Assembly: GCA_963732385.1 (NCBI GenBank)
Contig: CAVSZB010000007.1
Location: 192,001 to 256,000 of the forward strand
DNA length: 64,000 nt
Direction of reading: 5' to 3'
Origin: an uncultured bacterium
GTDB taxonomy: Bacteria; Krumholzibacteriota; Krumholzibacteriia; LZORAL124-64-63
This document shows positions 10,415 through 19,811 of the stretch, piece by piece. Under the pieces are notes generated by a model. The model ran no database searches. It was not told the DNA's origin and saw only the letters and a list, made by a program, of their open reading frames with translations. Position 1 is the first letter of the stretch; each line of letters opens with the position of its first letter. The translations under genes were made by a program, and so were the position numbers.

Positions 10415-11566
10415 ATGTCCAGACTGGCCCTCTTGCCCACCTATCTCTTTGCGGAGATCGATACCGCGCGGCGCGCGGCGCTCGCCGCCGGACGCGACGT
10501 GGTCGATCTTGGCATCGGCGACCCCGACCGCCCCACGCCCGCCCCCCTCGTGGAGGCGATGGCCGCGGCCGTGCGGCGCGCGGTGAATCATCGCTATCCC
10601 GCCAACCCCGGGGGCACGGCGCTGCGGGAGGCGCTCGCCGGTTGGATGCAGCGGCGCCACGGCGTGACGGCCGACCCGGGCCGGGAGATCCTGGCGCTCA
10701 TCGGCAGCAAGGAGGGGCTGGGACACCTGCCGCTCGCCCTGCTGGAGGAGGGTGACGAAGCGCTGGTGCCTGATCCGGGCTACCCGGTCTACGGGCAGGC
10801 GACGTTGCTGGCCGGGGGGCGTCCGGTGCCATTCATGCTGAGGGCGGAACACGGCTTCCGTCCCGACTGGGACGAGCTCGAGGCCCTGGTTACGCCGCGG
10901 ACGCGGATCCTGTTCCTGAATTATCCCCACAACCCGACCGGCGCGACCGCCGATCCGGCGCTGCTCCGGCGCGCGGTGGCGTTCGGCGCGCGGCACGGGA
11001 TCGCGGTGGTCCAGGACGCGGCCTATCTCGAAGTGGCGTTCGGCGCCGCGCGGCCGGCCAGTCTCCTCGCGCACGCCGACCTGCGGCGCGACCGGGTGAT
11101 CGAACTGCACAGCTTTTCCAAGATGTTCAACATGACCGGCTGGCGGATCGGGTTCGCCGTCGGCAATGCCGGGCTGGTGCGCGATCTCGCGCGGGTGAAG
11201 GAGTCGCTCGACAGCGGTGTTTTCACCGCCGTGCAGGAGGCCGTGACGGCGGGGCTGGGCGAAATCTTCGACGGTCTGCTCACGGATGTTCTCGCCCCCT
11301 ATCCGCGGCGGCGCGCGCTGATCGTGGCGGCGCTGGAGGCCGCGGGCGTGGAGGTGTTCGCCACCGACGCCACCTTCTATGTCTGGGCGCGGGTGCCTGG
11401 CGGTGGATCCTCGCTGGATTTCTGCCGGAGACTGCTCGACGGACCGGGGGTCGTGGTCACGCCCGGCGTCGGCTTCGGACCGGCGGGCGAGGGGTGGTTC
11501 CGCATCTCCCTCACGGCGCCCGACGAACGGATCGCCGAGGGCGCTCAGCGGTTGCGGAGGCTTTGA
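10415..11566 (+). CDS. dapL: Class I/II PLP aminotransferase, LL-diaminopimelate aminotransferase-like
   Basis: LPTYLFAEID, DLGIGDPD, GSKEG, NYPHNPTG, DAAY, SFSKMFNMTGWRIG; ATG 10415. Confidence 0.75.
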   Translation: MSRLALLPTYLFAEIDTARRAALAAGRDVVDLGIGDPDRPTPAPLVEAMAAAVRRAVNHRYPANPGGTALREALAGWMQRRHGVTADPGREILALIGSKEGLGHLPLALLEEGDEALVPDPGYPVYGQATLLAGGRPVPFMLRAEHGFRPDWDELEALVTPRTRILFLNYPHNPTGATADPALLRRAVAFGARHGIAVVQDAAYLEVAFGAARPASLLAHADLRRDRVIELHSFSKMFNMTGWRIGFAVGNAGLVRDLARVKESLDSGVFTAVQEAVTAGLGEIFDGLLTDVLAPYPRRRALIVAALEAAGVEVFATDATFYVWARVPGGGSSLDFCRRLLDGPGVVVTPGVGFGPAGEGWFRISLTAPDERIAEGAQRLRRL

Positions 11567-11958
11567 TGGACCGCATCACGATCAGTGGAATCGATGTCTA
11601 CGCTCATCACGGCGTTCATCCGGCGGAGCGTGAACTGGGGCAGCGGTTCGTCGTGGACGTGGAGTTATGGACCGACCTCGAGGCGGTTGCCCGCTCCGAT
11701 TCGCTGCGTAGCGCCCTCGATTACACGGCCGTGCACCGTCGGGTCTGCGAGGTGGTGGCCGGTACATCCTTCCATCTGATTGAGGCTCTGGCCTGGCGAT
11801 TGTGCCAGGAATTGCTGACCGGGTTTCCGCTGGAGCGGGTGGCGGTCACCGTGCAGAAGCCGAATCCGCCGATCGCCAATTTTCTCGGCCGCGTGGCAGT
11901 GACGCTCGAGCGCGGACGGGAAACGCTCGCGGCGGACGGCGCGGCAGGCGCGACGTGA
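11566..11958 (+). CDS. folB: Dihydroneopterin aldolase
   Basis: YAHHGVHPAERELGQRFVVD, DYT, LIEALA, VQKPNPP; ATG overlaps the upstream stop. Confidence 0.95.
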   Translation: MDRITISGIDVYAHHGVHPAERELGQRFVVDVELWTDLEAVARSDSLRSALDYTAVHRRVCEVVAGTSFHLIEALAWRLCQELLTGFPLERVAVTVQKPNPPIANFLGRVAVTLERGRETLAADGAAGAT

Positions 11959-12512
11959 TCCCCGCCGCGGAGCCGGATCCGGTGGTGGAAATCGAGGCGG
12001 TCTACCTCGGGCTCGGCAGCAACCAGGGGGATCGTCTGGGACATCTGCGTGATGCCGTCGCCGCGCTCAGGCGCCATCCCGCCCTCGAAGTGACGGCCGT
12101 CAGTCCGGTGTACGAGACGGAGTACGTCGGACCGGGGGGGCCGCAGGACCTCTACCTCAATGCCTGCGTCGCCCTGCGCACGGCGCTTGCGCCGACGGTA
12201 CTGCTGGCCCTGCTGAAGGAATTGGAAGCGCGGCACGGGCGGCTGCCCGGCGGCCATCTGCAACCGCGGGCGCTCGACCTCGACATCCTGGTCCACGGCG
12301 CCAGGGTCGTCGATGGTCCGCTGCTCACGCTGCCGCACCCGCGCCTGCGCCAGCGCGCGTTCGTTCTGGCGCCCCTGAGGGAAATCGCTCCCGATCTGAG
12401 GCTGCCTGATTCGGGCGAGACAGTCACCGCCGCTTGTGCAAGAATCCGTGCCCGCAGCGGGCCCGCGGTGCGTCGGATAGGTGATCTCGGGTCGCCGGGG
12501 GGGGATCAATGA
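11955..12512 (+). CDS. folK: 2-amino-4-hydroxy-6-hydroxymethyldihydropteridine diphosphokinase
   Basis: YLGLGSNQGDR, SPVYET, YLNA, PRALDLDIL, LPHPRLRQRAFVLAPL; GTGA overlap. Confidence 0.95.
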   Translation: MIPAAEPDPVVEIEAVYLGLGSNQGDRLGHLRDAVAALRRHPALEVTAVSPVYETEYVGPGGPQDLYLNACVALRTALAPTVLLALLKELEARHGRLPGGHLQPRALDLDILVHGARVVDGPLLTLPHPRLRQRAFVLAPLREIAPDLRLPDSGETVTAACARIRARSGPAVRRIGDLGSPGGDQ

Positions 12513-13150
12513 GCGGCGTGCCTCCGTGGCGCTACATCGTGGTGGAAGGGGTCATCGGGGTCGGCAAGACGAGCTTGTCGAAGCTGTTGTCGGCTCGTCT
12601 GGGTTCGCGGCTGAATCTCGAGGTCGTGGAGGAAAACCCGTTCCTGGGTCGCTTCTATGCCGACCGCGCCGCCTATGCGTTCCAGACCCAGATCTTTTTC
12701 CTGCTCAGCCGCTACCGGCAGCAGCAGCAACTGTTCCAGAGCGAACTGTTCCGTGACACGGTCGTTTCTGATTACCTTTTCGCCAAGGATCGCATTTTCG
12801 CGAATCTCAACCTGAGCGATGATGAACTGGTCCTGTACGACCAGCTCGCGAACATTCTGGAGCAGCGCATCCTCAAGCCGGATCTGGTCATCTACCTGCA
12901 GGCGCGCACCCAGATCCTGATGGAGCGGATCCGCTGGCGCGGTCGCGCCTTTGAACGCGAGATGTCTCCCGAGTACATCGAGTCGCTCAACGGTGCCTAC
13001 AACTATTTCTTCCATCATTATCGTGAGACACCCCTGCTGGTGGTCAATACCAACGAACTGGACTTCGTCAACTCCGCGCGCGACTTCGACCAGCTCTACG
13101 AACAGCTCCTGGAGCCGTTCCAGGGCGCGCGCTTCTTCGCGCCGGCCTGA
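12509..13150 (+). CDS. Deoxynucleoside kinase (dCK/dGK family)
   Basis: VEGVIGVGKTSL P-loop, ENPFL, FQTQIFFLLSRY, PDLVIYLQA. Confidence 0.92.
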   Translation: MSGVPPWRYIVVEGVIGVGKTSLSKLLSARLGSRLNLEVVEENPFLGRFYADRAAYAFQTQIFFLLSRYRQQQQLFQSELFRDTVVSDYLFAKDRIFANLNLSDDELVLYDQLANILEQRILKPDLVIYLQARTQILMERIRWRGRAFEREMSPEYIESLNGAYNYFFHHYRETPLLVVNTNELDFVNSARDFDQLYEQLLEPFQGARFFAPA

Positions 13151-13176
13151 GGCGGCGCGGGTCGGAAGGGGAGGCC

Positions 13177-14085
13177 ATGAAGGGCCCGCAGACCCTCGAG
13201 GTGTTCGCCGCCCGCAAGCGACGCGGTGAGAAGCTGGTGCTGCTGACCGCCTACGACCTCGCCACGGCGCGCATCGCGCAGGAGGGGGGGGTGGACGCGC
13301 TGCTGGTCGGTGATTCCCTCGGCATGGTGGTGCTCGGCCACGATACGACCCTTCCGGTGACAATCGAGGAGATGCTTCATCACAGCCGCGCCGTGGCGCG
13401 GGCCCGCCCCGATCTTCCGATCATCGTCGACATGCCGTACGGCAGCTTCCACCTGACGCCTCAGGACGCCGTGCGAGATGCCCTGCGCCTGGTCAAGGAG
13501 GGGGGCGCCGTCGCGGTCAAGATCGAAGGGGGACGCGTTCGCGAAGGGGTCCTCGCCGCGCTGATCGCGGCCGAGATCCCGGTGATGGGGCACCTCGGTC
13601 TGACCCCGCAGTCGGTGCATCGGTTCGGCGGCTACAAAGTGCAGGGACGGGGCGCGGCCGCGGCGGCGCGCCTGCTCGAAGAGGCGCGTTTTCTCGAGGC
13701 GGCCGGCTGCTTCGCGGTGGTGCTCGAATGCATCCCGGCGCCGCTGGCGCGCCGGGTGACGGCGGCCCTGGGCATCCCCACGATAGGCATCGGCGCCGGC
13801 CCCGACTGTGACGGCCAGGTGCTGGTCTTCCACGACCTGCTGGGCCTGACGCCGGGCGTGTTGCCGACCTTCGTCAAGCGCTACGCCGATCTGGGCGGTG
13901 TCGCCGCGGAAGCGGTGCGGCGCTGGGCCGGCGACGTGCGCGCGGGCACCTTCCCCGGGCCCGAACACTCGTTCGCCGACATCCCGGCGAAGCCGTCGAC
14001 GGCGGCCCGGCCCCGCGCGCCCGCGCGGCGCCCGCGCGCCACCGCCGCGCGCGCGGCTCGCGGGCGCCGGCGCGCCAAGGACTGA
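13177..14085 (+). CDS. panB: 3-methyl-2-oxobutanoate hydroxymethyltransferase
   Basis: LTAYD, LVGDSLG, DMPYGS, VKIEGG, GHLGLTPQS, IGIGAG. Confidence 0.97.
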   Translation: MKGPQTLEVFAARKRRGEKLVLLTAYDLATARIAQEGGVDALLVGDSLGMVVLGHDTTLPVTIEEMLHHSRAVARARPDLPIIVDMPYGSFHLTPQDAVRDALRLVKEGGAVAVKIEGGRVREGVLAALIAAEIPVMGHLGLTPQSVHRFGGYKVQGRGAAAAARLLEEARFLEAAGCFAVVLECIPAPLARRVTAALGIPTIGIGAGPDCDGQVLVFHDLLGLTPGVLPTFVKRYADLGGVAAEAVRRWAGDVRAGTFPGPEHSFADIPAKPSTAARPRAPARRPRATAARAARGRRRAKD

Positions 14086-14091
14086 GCGGAC

Positions 14092-14970
14092 ATGGAACTC
14101 CTGCGCACCCGGGCCGATCTGGCGCGTCTGGCTCCGCTGCGGGAGCGGGGGGCGCTCGCGTTCGTGCCGACCATGGGCGCGCTGCACGCCGGACACCTGA
14201 GCCTCGTGCGCGCCGCCGCCGCGCACGGTGCCGTAGTGGTTTCGATCTTTGTCAATCCGACCCAGTTCGGACCGGGCGAGGATCTGGCCGCGTATCCGCG
14301 CGATCTGGAAGCCGACCTTGCCCTGCTCGCGCCGCTGGACGTGGCGGCGGTTTTCGCCCCGATTGCCGGCGAGATGTACGGGCAATCCGCCGGGGTGACC
14401 GTGCGGCCGGGACCACGGGCGGCGGCGCTGTGCGGCGCGGCGCGGCCGGGGCATTTCGCGGGCGTGCTGACAGTCGTCGCCAAACTTTTCCACCTGCTGC
14501 GTCCCGAGGTGGCCCTCTTCGGGCGCAAGGACGCACAGCAGTGCCTGGTGATCGACGAAATGGTGCGTGATCTCGACTTTCCGGTGCGTCTGGTGGACGG
14601 GCCGACTGTGCGCGAGCCGGACGGCGTGGCGATGTCGTCGCGCAACCGCTATCTCTCCGGACCCGACCGCGACCGCGCGGCCTGCCTCTGGCGCGGGCTG
14701 CAGGCGGCGCGCTCCCGGCTGATGGCGGGCGAGCGGGACCGGGCCACGCTGGAGGCGGCGCTGCGCGGTCCGCTGGCTGCGGTGGACGCCGTCGAATATG
14801 CCGAACTGCGCACGCTGCCCGACCTGGAGCGGGCGGACGTGGCGGAGGGGCGCATGCTGCTGGCGGTCGCCGCGCGCGTAGGGTCGACGCGGCTGATCGA
14901 CAATCTCGCCCTAAGGTTGGAACCGTCGGGCGTGGCGGAGTGCGCGTTGCTCGTGGACAGCCCGGACTGA
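14092..14970 (+). CDS. panC: Pantoate--beta-alanine ligase
   Basis: FVPTMGALHAGH, SIFVNPTQF, RPGHF, FGRKDAQQ, MSSRN, TRLIDN. Confidence 0.97.
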   Translation: MELLRTRADLARLAPLRERGALAFVPTMGALHAGHLSLVRAAAAHGAVVVSIFVNPTQFGPGEDLAAYPRDLEADLALLAPLDVAAVFAPIAGEMYGQSAGVTVRPGPRAAALCGAARPGHFAGVLTVVAKLFHLLRPEVALFGRKDAQQCLVIDEMVRDLDFPVRLVDGPTVREPDGVAMSSRNRYLSGPDRDRAACLWRGLQAARSRLMAGERDRATLEAALRGPLAAVDAVEYAELRTLPDLERADVAEGRMLLAVAARVGSTRLIDNLALRLEPSGVAECALLVDSPD

Positions 14971-14988
14971 CGCGCGGGCGCAGGAAGG

Positions 14989-15486
14989 ATGAGCGTGGAC
15001 CGGCTGTGCACCCCCTGGAGGTACGCCTACGTGAGCGGTCAGTTGAAGCAGGAGGGGTGTGTGTTCTGCACCCGACTGGGCGGGGATGACGAGACGCACT
15101 TTGTCCTGTACCGCGGACATAACTGGTATGTCATCCTCAATATCTACCCCTACAACAACGGGCATCTCCTGCTGGTTCTGAATCGGCACGCCGGAGGGCT
15201 CACGGACCTCGTGGCCGCGGAACTGACGGAGATGGGCGGTCTGCTGGCGGCGATGGAGCGGTCGTTGCGGCGGGTCTACGCCCCGCAGGGGATCAATTGC
15301 GGGTATAACGCGGGGGCGAGCGCCGGAGCCGGGGTGCCTGATCACTTCCATCTGCACATGCTCCCGCGCTGGGCCGGAGACACCAGTTTCATGACTACCG
15401 TGGGCGAGACACGCGTCATGCCCGAGGCCCTGCCGATGAGTTGGGAGCGCCTGCGTCCCGTGCTGGCGGAGGAGGTTCTCCGTTGA
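14989..15486 (+). CDS. HIT family hydrolase (Ap4A phosphorylase-like)
   Basis: PWR, CVFC, NIYPYNNGHLL, GAGVPDHFHLHMLPRW. Confidence 0.9.
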   Translation: MSVDRLCTPWRYAYVSGQLKQEGCVFCTRLGGDDETHFVLYRGHNWYVILNIYPYNNGHLLLVLNRHAGGLTDLVAAELTEMGGLLAAMERSLRRVYAPQGINCGYNAGASAGAGVPDHFHLHMLPRWAGDTSFMTTVGETRVMPEALPMSWERLRPVLAEEVLR

Positions 15487-15510
15487 GGGCGGCGGCGCCG
15501 GAGAATCTGG

Positions 15511-15539
15511 TTGGTCGCCTCTCGTTCCCGGCCTATATT
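15511..15539 (+). promoter_or_regulatory. Possible sigma70 promoter
   Basis: TTGGTC-N17-TATATT upstream of the DUF4321-like gene. Confidence 0.4.
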
Positions 15540-15592
15540 GACGCCCGGAACGGGGTTCTCAGGCGCGGGCGGGGGCCCGGGAGCGGGACGGG

Positions 15593-15856
15593 ATGAGGAA
15601 ATCTCTGGGGACGGTGGCGCTGACCCTGCTGCTGGGGGTCCTCATCGGGGCGATCTGCAGCGAGTTGATCGGCCTGTTCCTGGAAAAGGGCAGCGTCGCC
15701 GAGCAACTGTTCGTTCGCTATGTCAGTTTCGGCCCCGAGGCGACGAAGCTGGATCTGGTGATTTGCGAGTTGACCTTCGGCTTCCGGCTCCACTTCAATC
15801 TGATGAGCCTGGTCGGCGTGTTCGTCGCCTCGCAGATCCTTCGCTGGTATCGGTAG
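15593..15856 (+). CDS. Small membrane protein, DUF4321-like
   Basis: 87 aa with two hydrophobic segments and the LDL..LTFGF.L.FNL.S..G pattern. Confidence 0.7.
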   Translation: MRKSLGTVALTLLLGVLIGAICSELIGLFLEKGSVAEQLFVRYVSFGPEATKLDLVICELTFGFRLHFNLMSLVGVFVASQILRWYR

Positions 15857-15878
15857 CCCCTGCGAGAGGGAGTCCATC

Positions 15879-16097
15879 ATGCGCTTCTTCCCCGCCATTT
15901 TCGGCAATCTGGGGTGGCAGGAACTCCTGATCATCCTGGTCATCATCCTGGTGCTGTTCGGCCCCCGCCGCCTGCCGGAGATCGCCGACGCGCTCGGCAA
16001 GTCGGTGCGCAGGTTCAAGAGCGCGACCCGCGACGCGGAAACCGAGTTCAAGAAGGAAGTCGACGCCGCGACCAGGAAGCCTGACGACCCCAAGTGA
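15879..16097 (+). CDS. tatA: Twin-arginine translocase TatA/E subunit
   Basis: GWQELLIILVIILVLFGPRRLPEIADALGKSVRRFK. Confidence 0.93.
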   Translation: MRFFPAIFGNLGWQELLIILVIILVLFGPRRLPEIADALGKSVRRFKSATRDAETEFKKEVDAATRKPDDPK

Positions 16098-16158
16098 TTG
16101 CCCGCCGCGCCGGGCCGCGGCCGGCGGCGGCCGCGCGGCCGGTCCCCGGAGGGACGGC

Positions 16159-18441
16159 GTGAATCTGGCGCAACTCCTCGACCGCCTCAAGCGCGACGAG
16201 CGCTTTCTGCGCAATGTCACCCGGTGGGAGGTCCTGCCGCCCGTGGCGGGGGAATACGCGGAGTACCCGCCCGACCTCGATTCCCGCCTCGTGGACGTGA
16301 TGCGGCGCCGCGGCGCCCGGAATCTCTACGTGCATCAGGCGGAGGCGTGCCGCCTGGCCGCGGCGCAGAGGCCGTTCGTGGTGGTCACCCCGACCGCTTC
16401 CGGCAAGACCCTCTGCTACAACCTGCCGGTGATCGACGCGGTGCTGCGCGATCCGCAGGCGCGCGCTCTCTACCTGTTCCCGACCAAGGCGCTCAGCCAG
16501 GACCAGCTGGCTGAAGTGCACGGCATCGTGACCGACCTCGGTGCGGACATCCGGACCTGCACCTTCGACGGCGACACGCCCGAGACTGCGCGGCGCGCGA
16601 TCCGCAACAGCGGGCACATCGTCATCACCAACCCCGACATGCTGCACCAGGGGATCCTGCCGCACCACACGCTCTGGGTGAAGCTGTTCGAGAACCTGCG
16701 CTACGTGGTCGTCGACGAGGTGCACCAGTACCGCGGCGTGTTCGGCAGCCACGTGGCGAACGTGCTGCGCCGGCTGCGGCGCGTGGCGGCGTTCTACGGG
16801 GCCGATCCGCTCTTCATCGGCTGCTCCGCCACGGTGGCCAATCCGGGCGAGCTGGCCGGAGCGCTGGCCGGCCGGCCGGTCGACGTGATCGAACGCAACG
16901 GCGCTCCGCGCGGCGAGAAACACTTCATCTTCTACAATCCGCCGGTGGTGAACCGCGAACTTGGCATCCGACGGTCGGCTGTCAAGGAGACGCGCGCGAT
17001 CGCCGAGCGCTTCCTCGCCGCCGAGGCCCAGACCATCGTTTTCGCCCGTTCGCGCACGCGCGTGGAACTGCTGCTGACCTACCTCGAGCGGGCCGGCCGC
17101 CGGGTCGGCACTCGCGGCGGCGAGGTGCGGGGCTACCGGGGCGGATACCTGCCGAGTGAACGCCGGTCCATCGAGCAGGGACTGCGCGACGGGACGGTGC
17201 GCGCGGTAGTCAGCACCAACGCCCTTGAACTGGGCATCGACATCGGGCGGCTCGACGTCTGCGTGATGTGCGGCTACGCCGGGACGGTGGCCGCCACCTG
17301 GCAGCAGGCGGGGCGCGCGGGACGACGACAGGGGCTCTCCTGCGCCGTGCTGGTGGCCACGAGCGCTCCCGCCGACCAGTACATCGTGCATCACCCGGAG
17401 TGGTTCTTCGACCGCTCGCCGGAGCACGCCACGCTCGACCCCGACAACCTGGTGGTTCTCGCCAGCCACCTCAAGTGTGCCGCGTTCGAGCTGCCGTTTG
17501 GCGAAGACCAGGATTTCGGCGGCGTGCGGGTGGTGGAGATCCTCGACTATCTCGCGCGGCAGGGGGTGCTGCACCGGGCCGATGGCCGCTACCACTGGAT
17601 GACCGACACCTATCCGGCCGAGGATGTCAGCCTGCGCAGCGCGGCCCCGGAGAACGTGGTGATCATCGACCGCAGCGTGGCGGATGGGCGGGTGATCGGC
17701 GAGATGGATCTGTTCAGCGCCCAGGAGATGCTGCACGACGAGGCCATCTACATCCACGGCGGGCAGCCGTACCACGTGGACCGGCTCGACTGGGAACGGC
17801 AGGAGGCGTTCGTGCATCCGGTCCGGGTGGATTACTACACCGATGCCCAGCGCAAGACCGAACTGAAGACACTCGACTGCGAGGAGCGAACCGAGGCGCC
17901 GCTCGGGTTCCGTGGGCTGGGCGAGGTTGGTCTGGTCTCGAAGGTGACGGTGTTCAAGAAGATCAAGTTGGAGACGCACGAGAATATCGGTGCCGGACGA
18001 GTCCACCTGCCGGAGATGGAGATGCACACCACCGCCTGTTGGTGGGAACTGCCGGAGACGATGCACGCCGAACTCGGCGCGGACGGGCTCGATCTCGGTG
18101 ACGCGCTGCAGGGGCTGGCCCACCTGCTCGGCCACGTGGCGCCGCTGTTCGTGATGGCTGACCCAGCCGACCTGCGCACCGCTCCGATGGTCCGGTCGCC
18201 GTTCACCGACCGGCCGACCCTCTACCTCTACGACTCCGTGCCGGGCGGCGCCGGTTTCGCCCGGCGCATCTACGGGCAGCTCGCAGCGATCGGCGCCGCC
18301 GCGCGCGCGCACCTCGCCGCTTGTCCCTGCGAGGCCGGTTGTCCCTCCTGTGTCGGCCCGTCCGGCGAGAGCGGCGGCACGGCGAAGCGGGGGGCCGCGC
18401 GTCTGCTGGTCGCCTTCGGCGCGGACGGCCCGCGCGTTTGA
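16159..18441 (+). CDS. mrfA: DEAD/DEAH-box helicase with C-terminal DUF1998 metal-binding domain (MrfA/YprA/SftH family)
   Basis: TPTASGKT, FPTKAL, DEVH, SAT, TNALELGIDIG, QQAGRAGRR, LYLYD..PGG.G, CPCEAGCPSC. Confidence 0.88.
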   Translation: MNLAQLLDRLKRDERFLRNVTRWEVLPPVAGEYAEYPPDLDSRLVDVMRRRGARNLYVHQAEACRLAAAQRPFVVVTPTASGKTLCYNLPVIDAVLRDPQARALYLFPTKALSQDQLAEVHGIVTDLGADIRTCTFDGDTPETARRAIRNSGHIVITNPDMLHQGILPHHTLWVKLFENLRYVVVDEVHQYRGVFGSHVANVLRRLRRVAAFYGADPLFIGCSATVANPGELAGALAGRPVDVIERNGAPRGEKHFIFYNPPVVNRELGIRRSAVKETRAIAERFLAAEAQTIVFARSRTRVELLLTYLERAGRRVGTRGGEVRGYRGGYLPSERRSIEQGLRDGTVRAVVSTNALELGIDIGRLDVCVMCGYAGTVAATWQQAGRAGRRQGLSCAVLVATSAPADQYIVHHPEWFFDRSPEHATLDPDNLVVLASHLKCAAFELPFGEDQDFGGVRVVEILDYLARQGVLHRADGRYHWMTDTYPAEDVSLRSAAPENVVIIDRSVADGRVIGEMDLFSAQEMLHDEAIYIHGGQPYHVDRLDWERQEAFVHPVRVDYYTDAQRKTELKTLDCEERTEAPLGFRGLGEVGLVSKVTVFKKIKLETHENIGAGRVHLPEMEMHTTACWWELPETMHAELGADGLDLGDALQGLAHLLGHVAPLFVMADPADLRTAPMVRSPFTDRPTLYLYDSVPGGAGFARRIYGQLAAIGAAARAHLAACPCEAGCPSCVGPSGESGGTAKRGAARLLVAFGADGPRV

Positions 18442-18451
18442 GGGGGGCTCC

Positions 18452-19720
18452 GTGGATCTGGCCCGCCGCCTGGCCCAGTTCGACGCGCTGTTGAAGGGTC
18501 CGCGCTCCTCGGAAGGAGTTGGCGTTGCGGTGCCGTCGCCGGTGACGCCTGTGGATTCGGGCGCCGTGGCGCGCGTCGTGTCGGTGCTCGGCCTGACGGC
18601 GCGCGAGGTGACAGGTGGCGAGGCGTGGGCGTGCGATGCGGCGGAACCGGCCCCCTGCCCGCCGCCTGAGCCGGCCGCGCTGGCGGCGCTGGAGGCGCTG
18701 TTTGCGCCGCGGGGCGCCGTGGCGGCGCTGCCGGGAGCTGACGACGACGCGTCTGCGCCCCCCACCGTCGGCGGGCTCCTGCTGCTCGACACCGAGACAA
18801 CCGGCCTGGCGGGCGGCACCGGTACGGTGCCGTTCCTGGTCGGCTGCGCCTGGTGGGAGGAGGGGCTCCTGTGCACCCGGCAATGGTTCCTGCCGACGCC
18901 GGGCCGCGAGGGGCCGCTGCTGGCCGATCTGGCGGCGCATGCCAGGCGTTTCACCTCAGTCGTCACCTACAACGGCCAGACCTTCGACCTGCCATTGTTG
19001 CGCACGCGGGCGCTGCTGGCGCGGCAGCCTGATCCGGTGGCGGACCTGCACGGCTGGGATCTCCTGCGCGCGGCGCGGCGGTTGTGGGGACGGCGTCTGC
19101 CCGACTGTCGTCAGTCGACGGTGGAGGCGCAGGTGTGCGGGATCGTCCGCGACGGTGACGACCTGCCGGGCGCGCTGATCCCGCAGGTCTACTTCCGCTG
19201 GCTGCGCGCCGGCGATCCGGGCGACCTGCCGCGCGTCCTGGCGCACAACCGGCGTGACCTGAGGGGCATGGCCGCGATCCTCGCGGCGGCGGGGGAACGC
19301 GCCGCCGGTCTTGCGACGCTGCCGCCCGCCGGCGCGGTGCCGGCCTGGCCGTGGGCTGATCTCTGGTCGGCGGGACGGGTCTGCGAGCGGCAGGGACGGC
19401 GCGAACTCGCGGTGGCGTGGCTGGCCGTCGCGCTGGCGGCGCGGGATGGCGGCGCGCCGGAACGCTTCTTCGCCGATGCGGTGCGGATATTCAAGCGGGG
19501 CGAAGCGTGGGCCGACGCCGCGACAGCCCTGGCGGCGGCGCTGACGGCGGTCGGCGACCGCCCCTGGCTGCATCGGGAGGCCGCCATCCTCTACGAGCAT
19601 CGACTGCGCGACCTGCCGCGGGCCCACGCACACGCGCAGCGGCTCGGGGAGCCGGCGCGGTTGGCGCGACTCGCGCGCAAACTGGGCCGGAGCGGACCCG
19701 CGGCGCTCAACGACGCCTGA
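18452..19720 (+). CDS. mrfB: DEDD/RNase_H_2 exonuclease with TPR-like C-terminus (MrfB/YprB family)
   Basis: LDTETTG, TYNGQTFDLP, DLLRAARRLW, HNRRDL, C-terminal AILYEHRLRD; directly follows the DUF1998 helicase. Confidence 0.8.
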   Translation: MDLARRLAQFDALLKGPRSSEGVGVAVPSPVTPVDSGAVARVVSVLGLTAREVTGGEAWACDAAEPAPCPPPEPAALAALEALFAPRGAVAALPGADDDASAPPTVGGLLLLDTETTGLAGGTGTVPFLVGCAWWEEGLLCTRQWFLPTPGREGPLLADLAAHARRFTSVVTYNGQTFDLPLLRTRALLARQPDPVADLHGWDLLRAARRLWGRRLPDCRQSTVEAQVCGIVRDGDDLPGALIPQVYFRWLRAGDPGDLPRVLAHNRRDLRGMAAILAAAGERAAGLATLPPAGAVPAWPWADLWSAGRVCERQGRRELAVAWLAVALAARDGGAPERFFADAVRIFKRGEAWADAATALAAALTAVGDRPWLHREAAILYEHRLRDLPRAHAHAQRLGEPARLARLARKLGRSGPAALNDA

Positions 19721-19728
19721 TACCGTCC

Positions 19729-19759
19729 TTGCCAACGCCGCCCCGTCCGGTGTTACAAT
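19729..19759 (+). promoter_or_regulatory. Extended -10 promoter
   Basis: TG-T-TACAAT (19751-19759) with upstream TTGCCA (19729-19734). Confidence 0.5.
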
Positions 19760-19811
19760 ACGCTGGCGGCCGCGAAGCGTCGGCTCCCGACGCGCGGCCC
19801 GGGAGGTCGGG

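Noticed and set aside
16159..19720. DISARM/Druantia-type defence system
   Set aside because: No methyltransferase, phospholipase D or SNF2 partner is present. The helicase plus YprB-type nuclease arrangement fits MrfAB.
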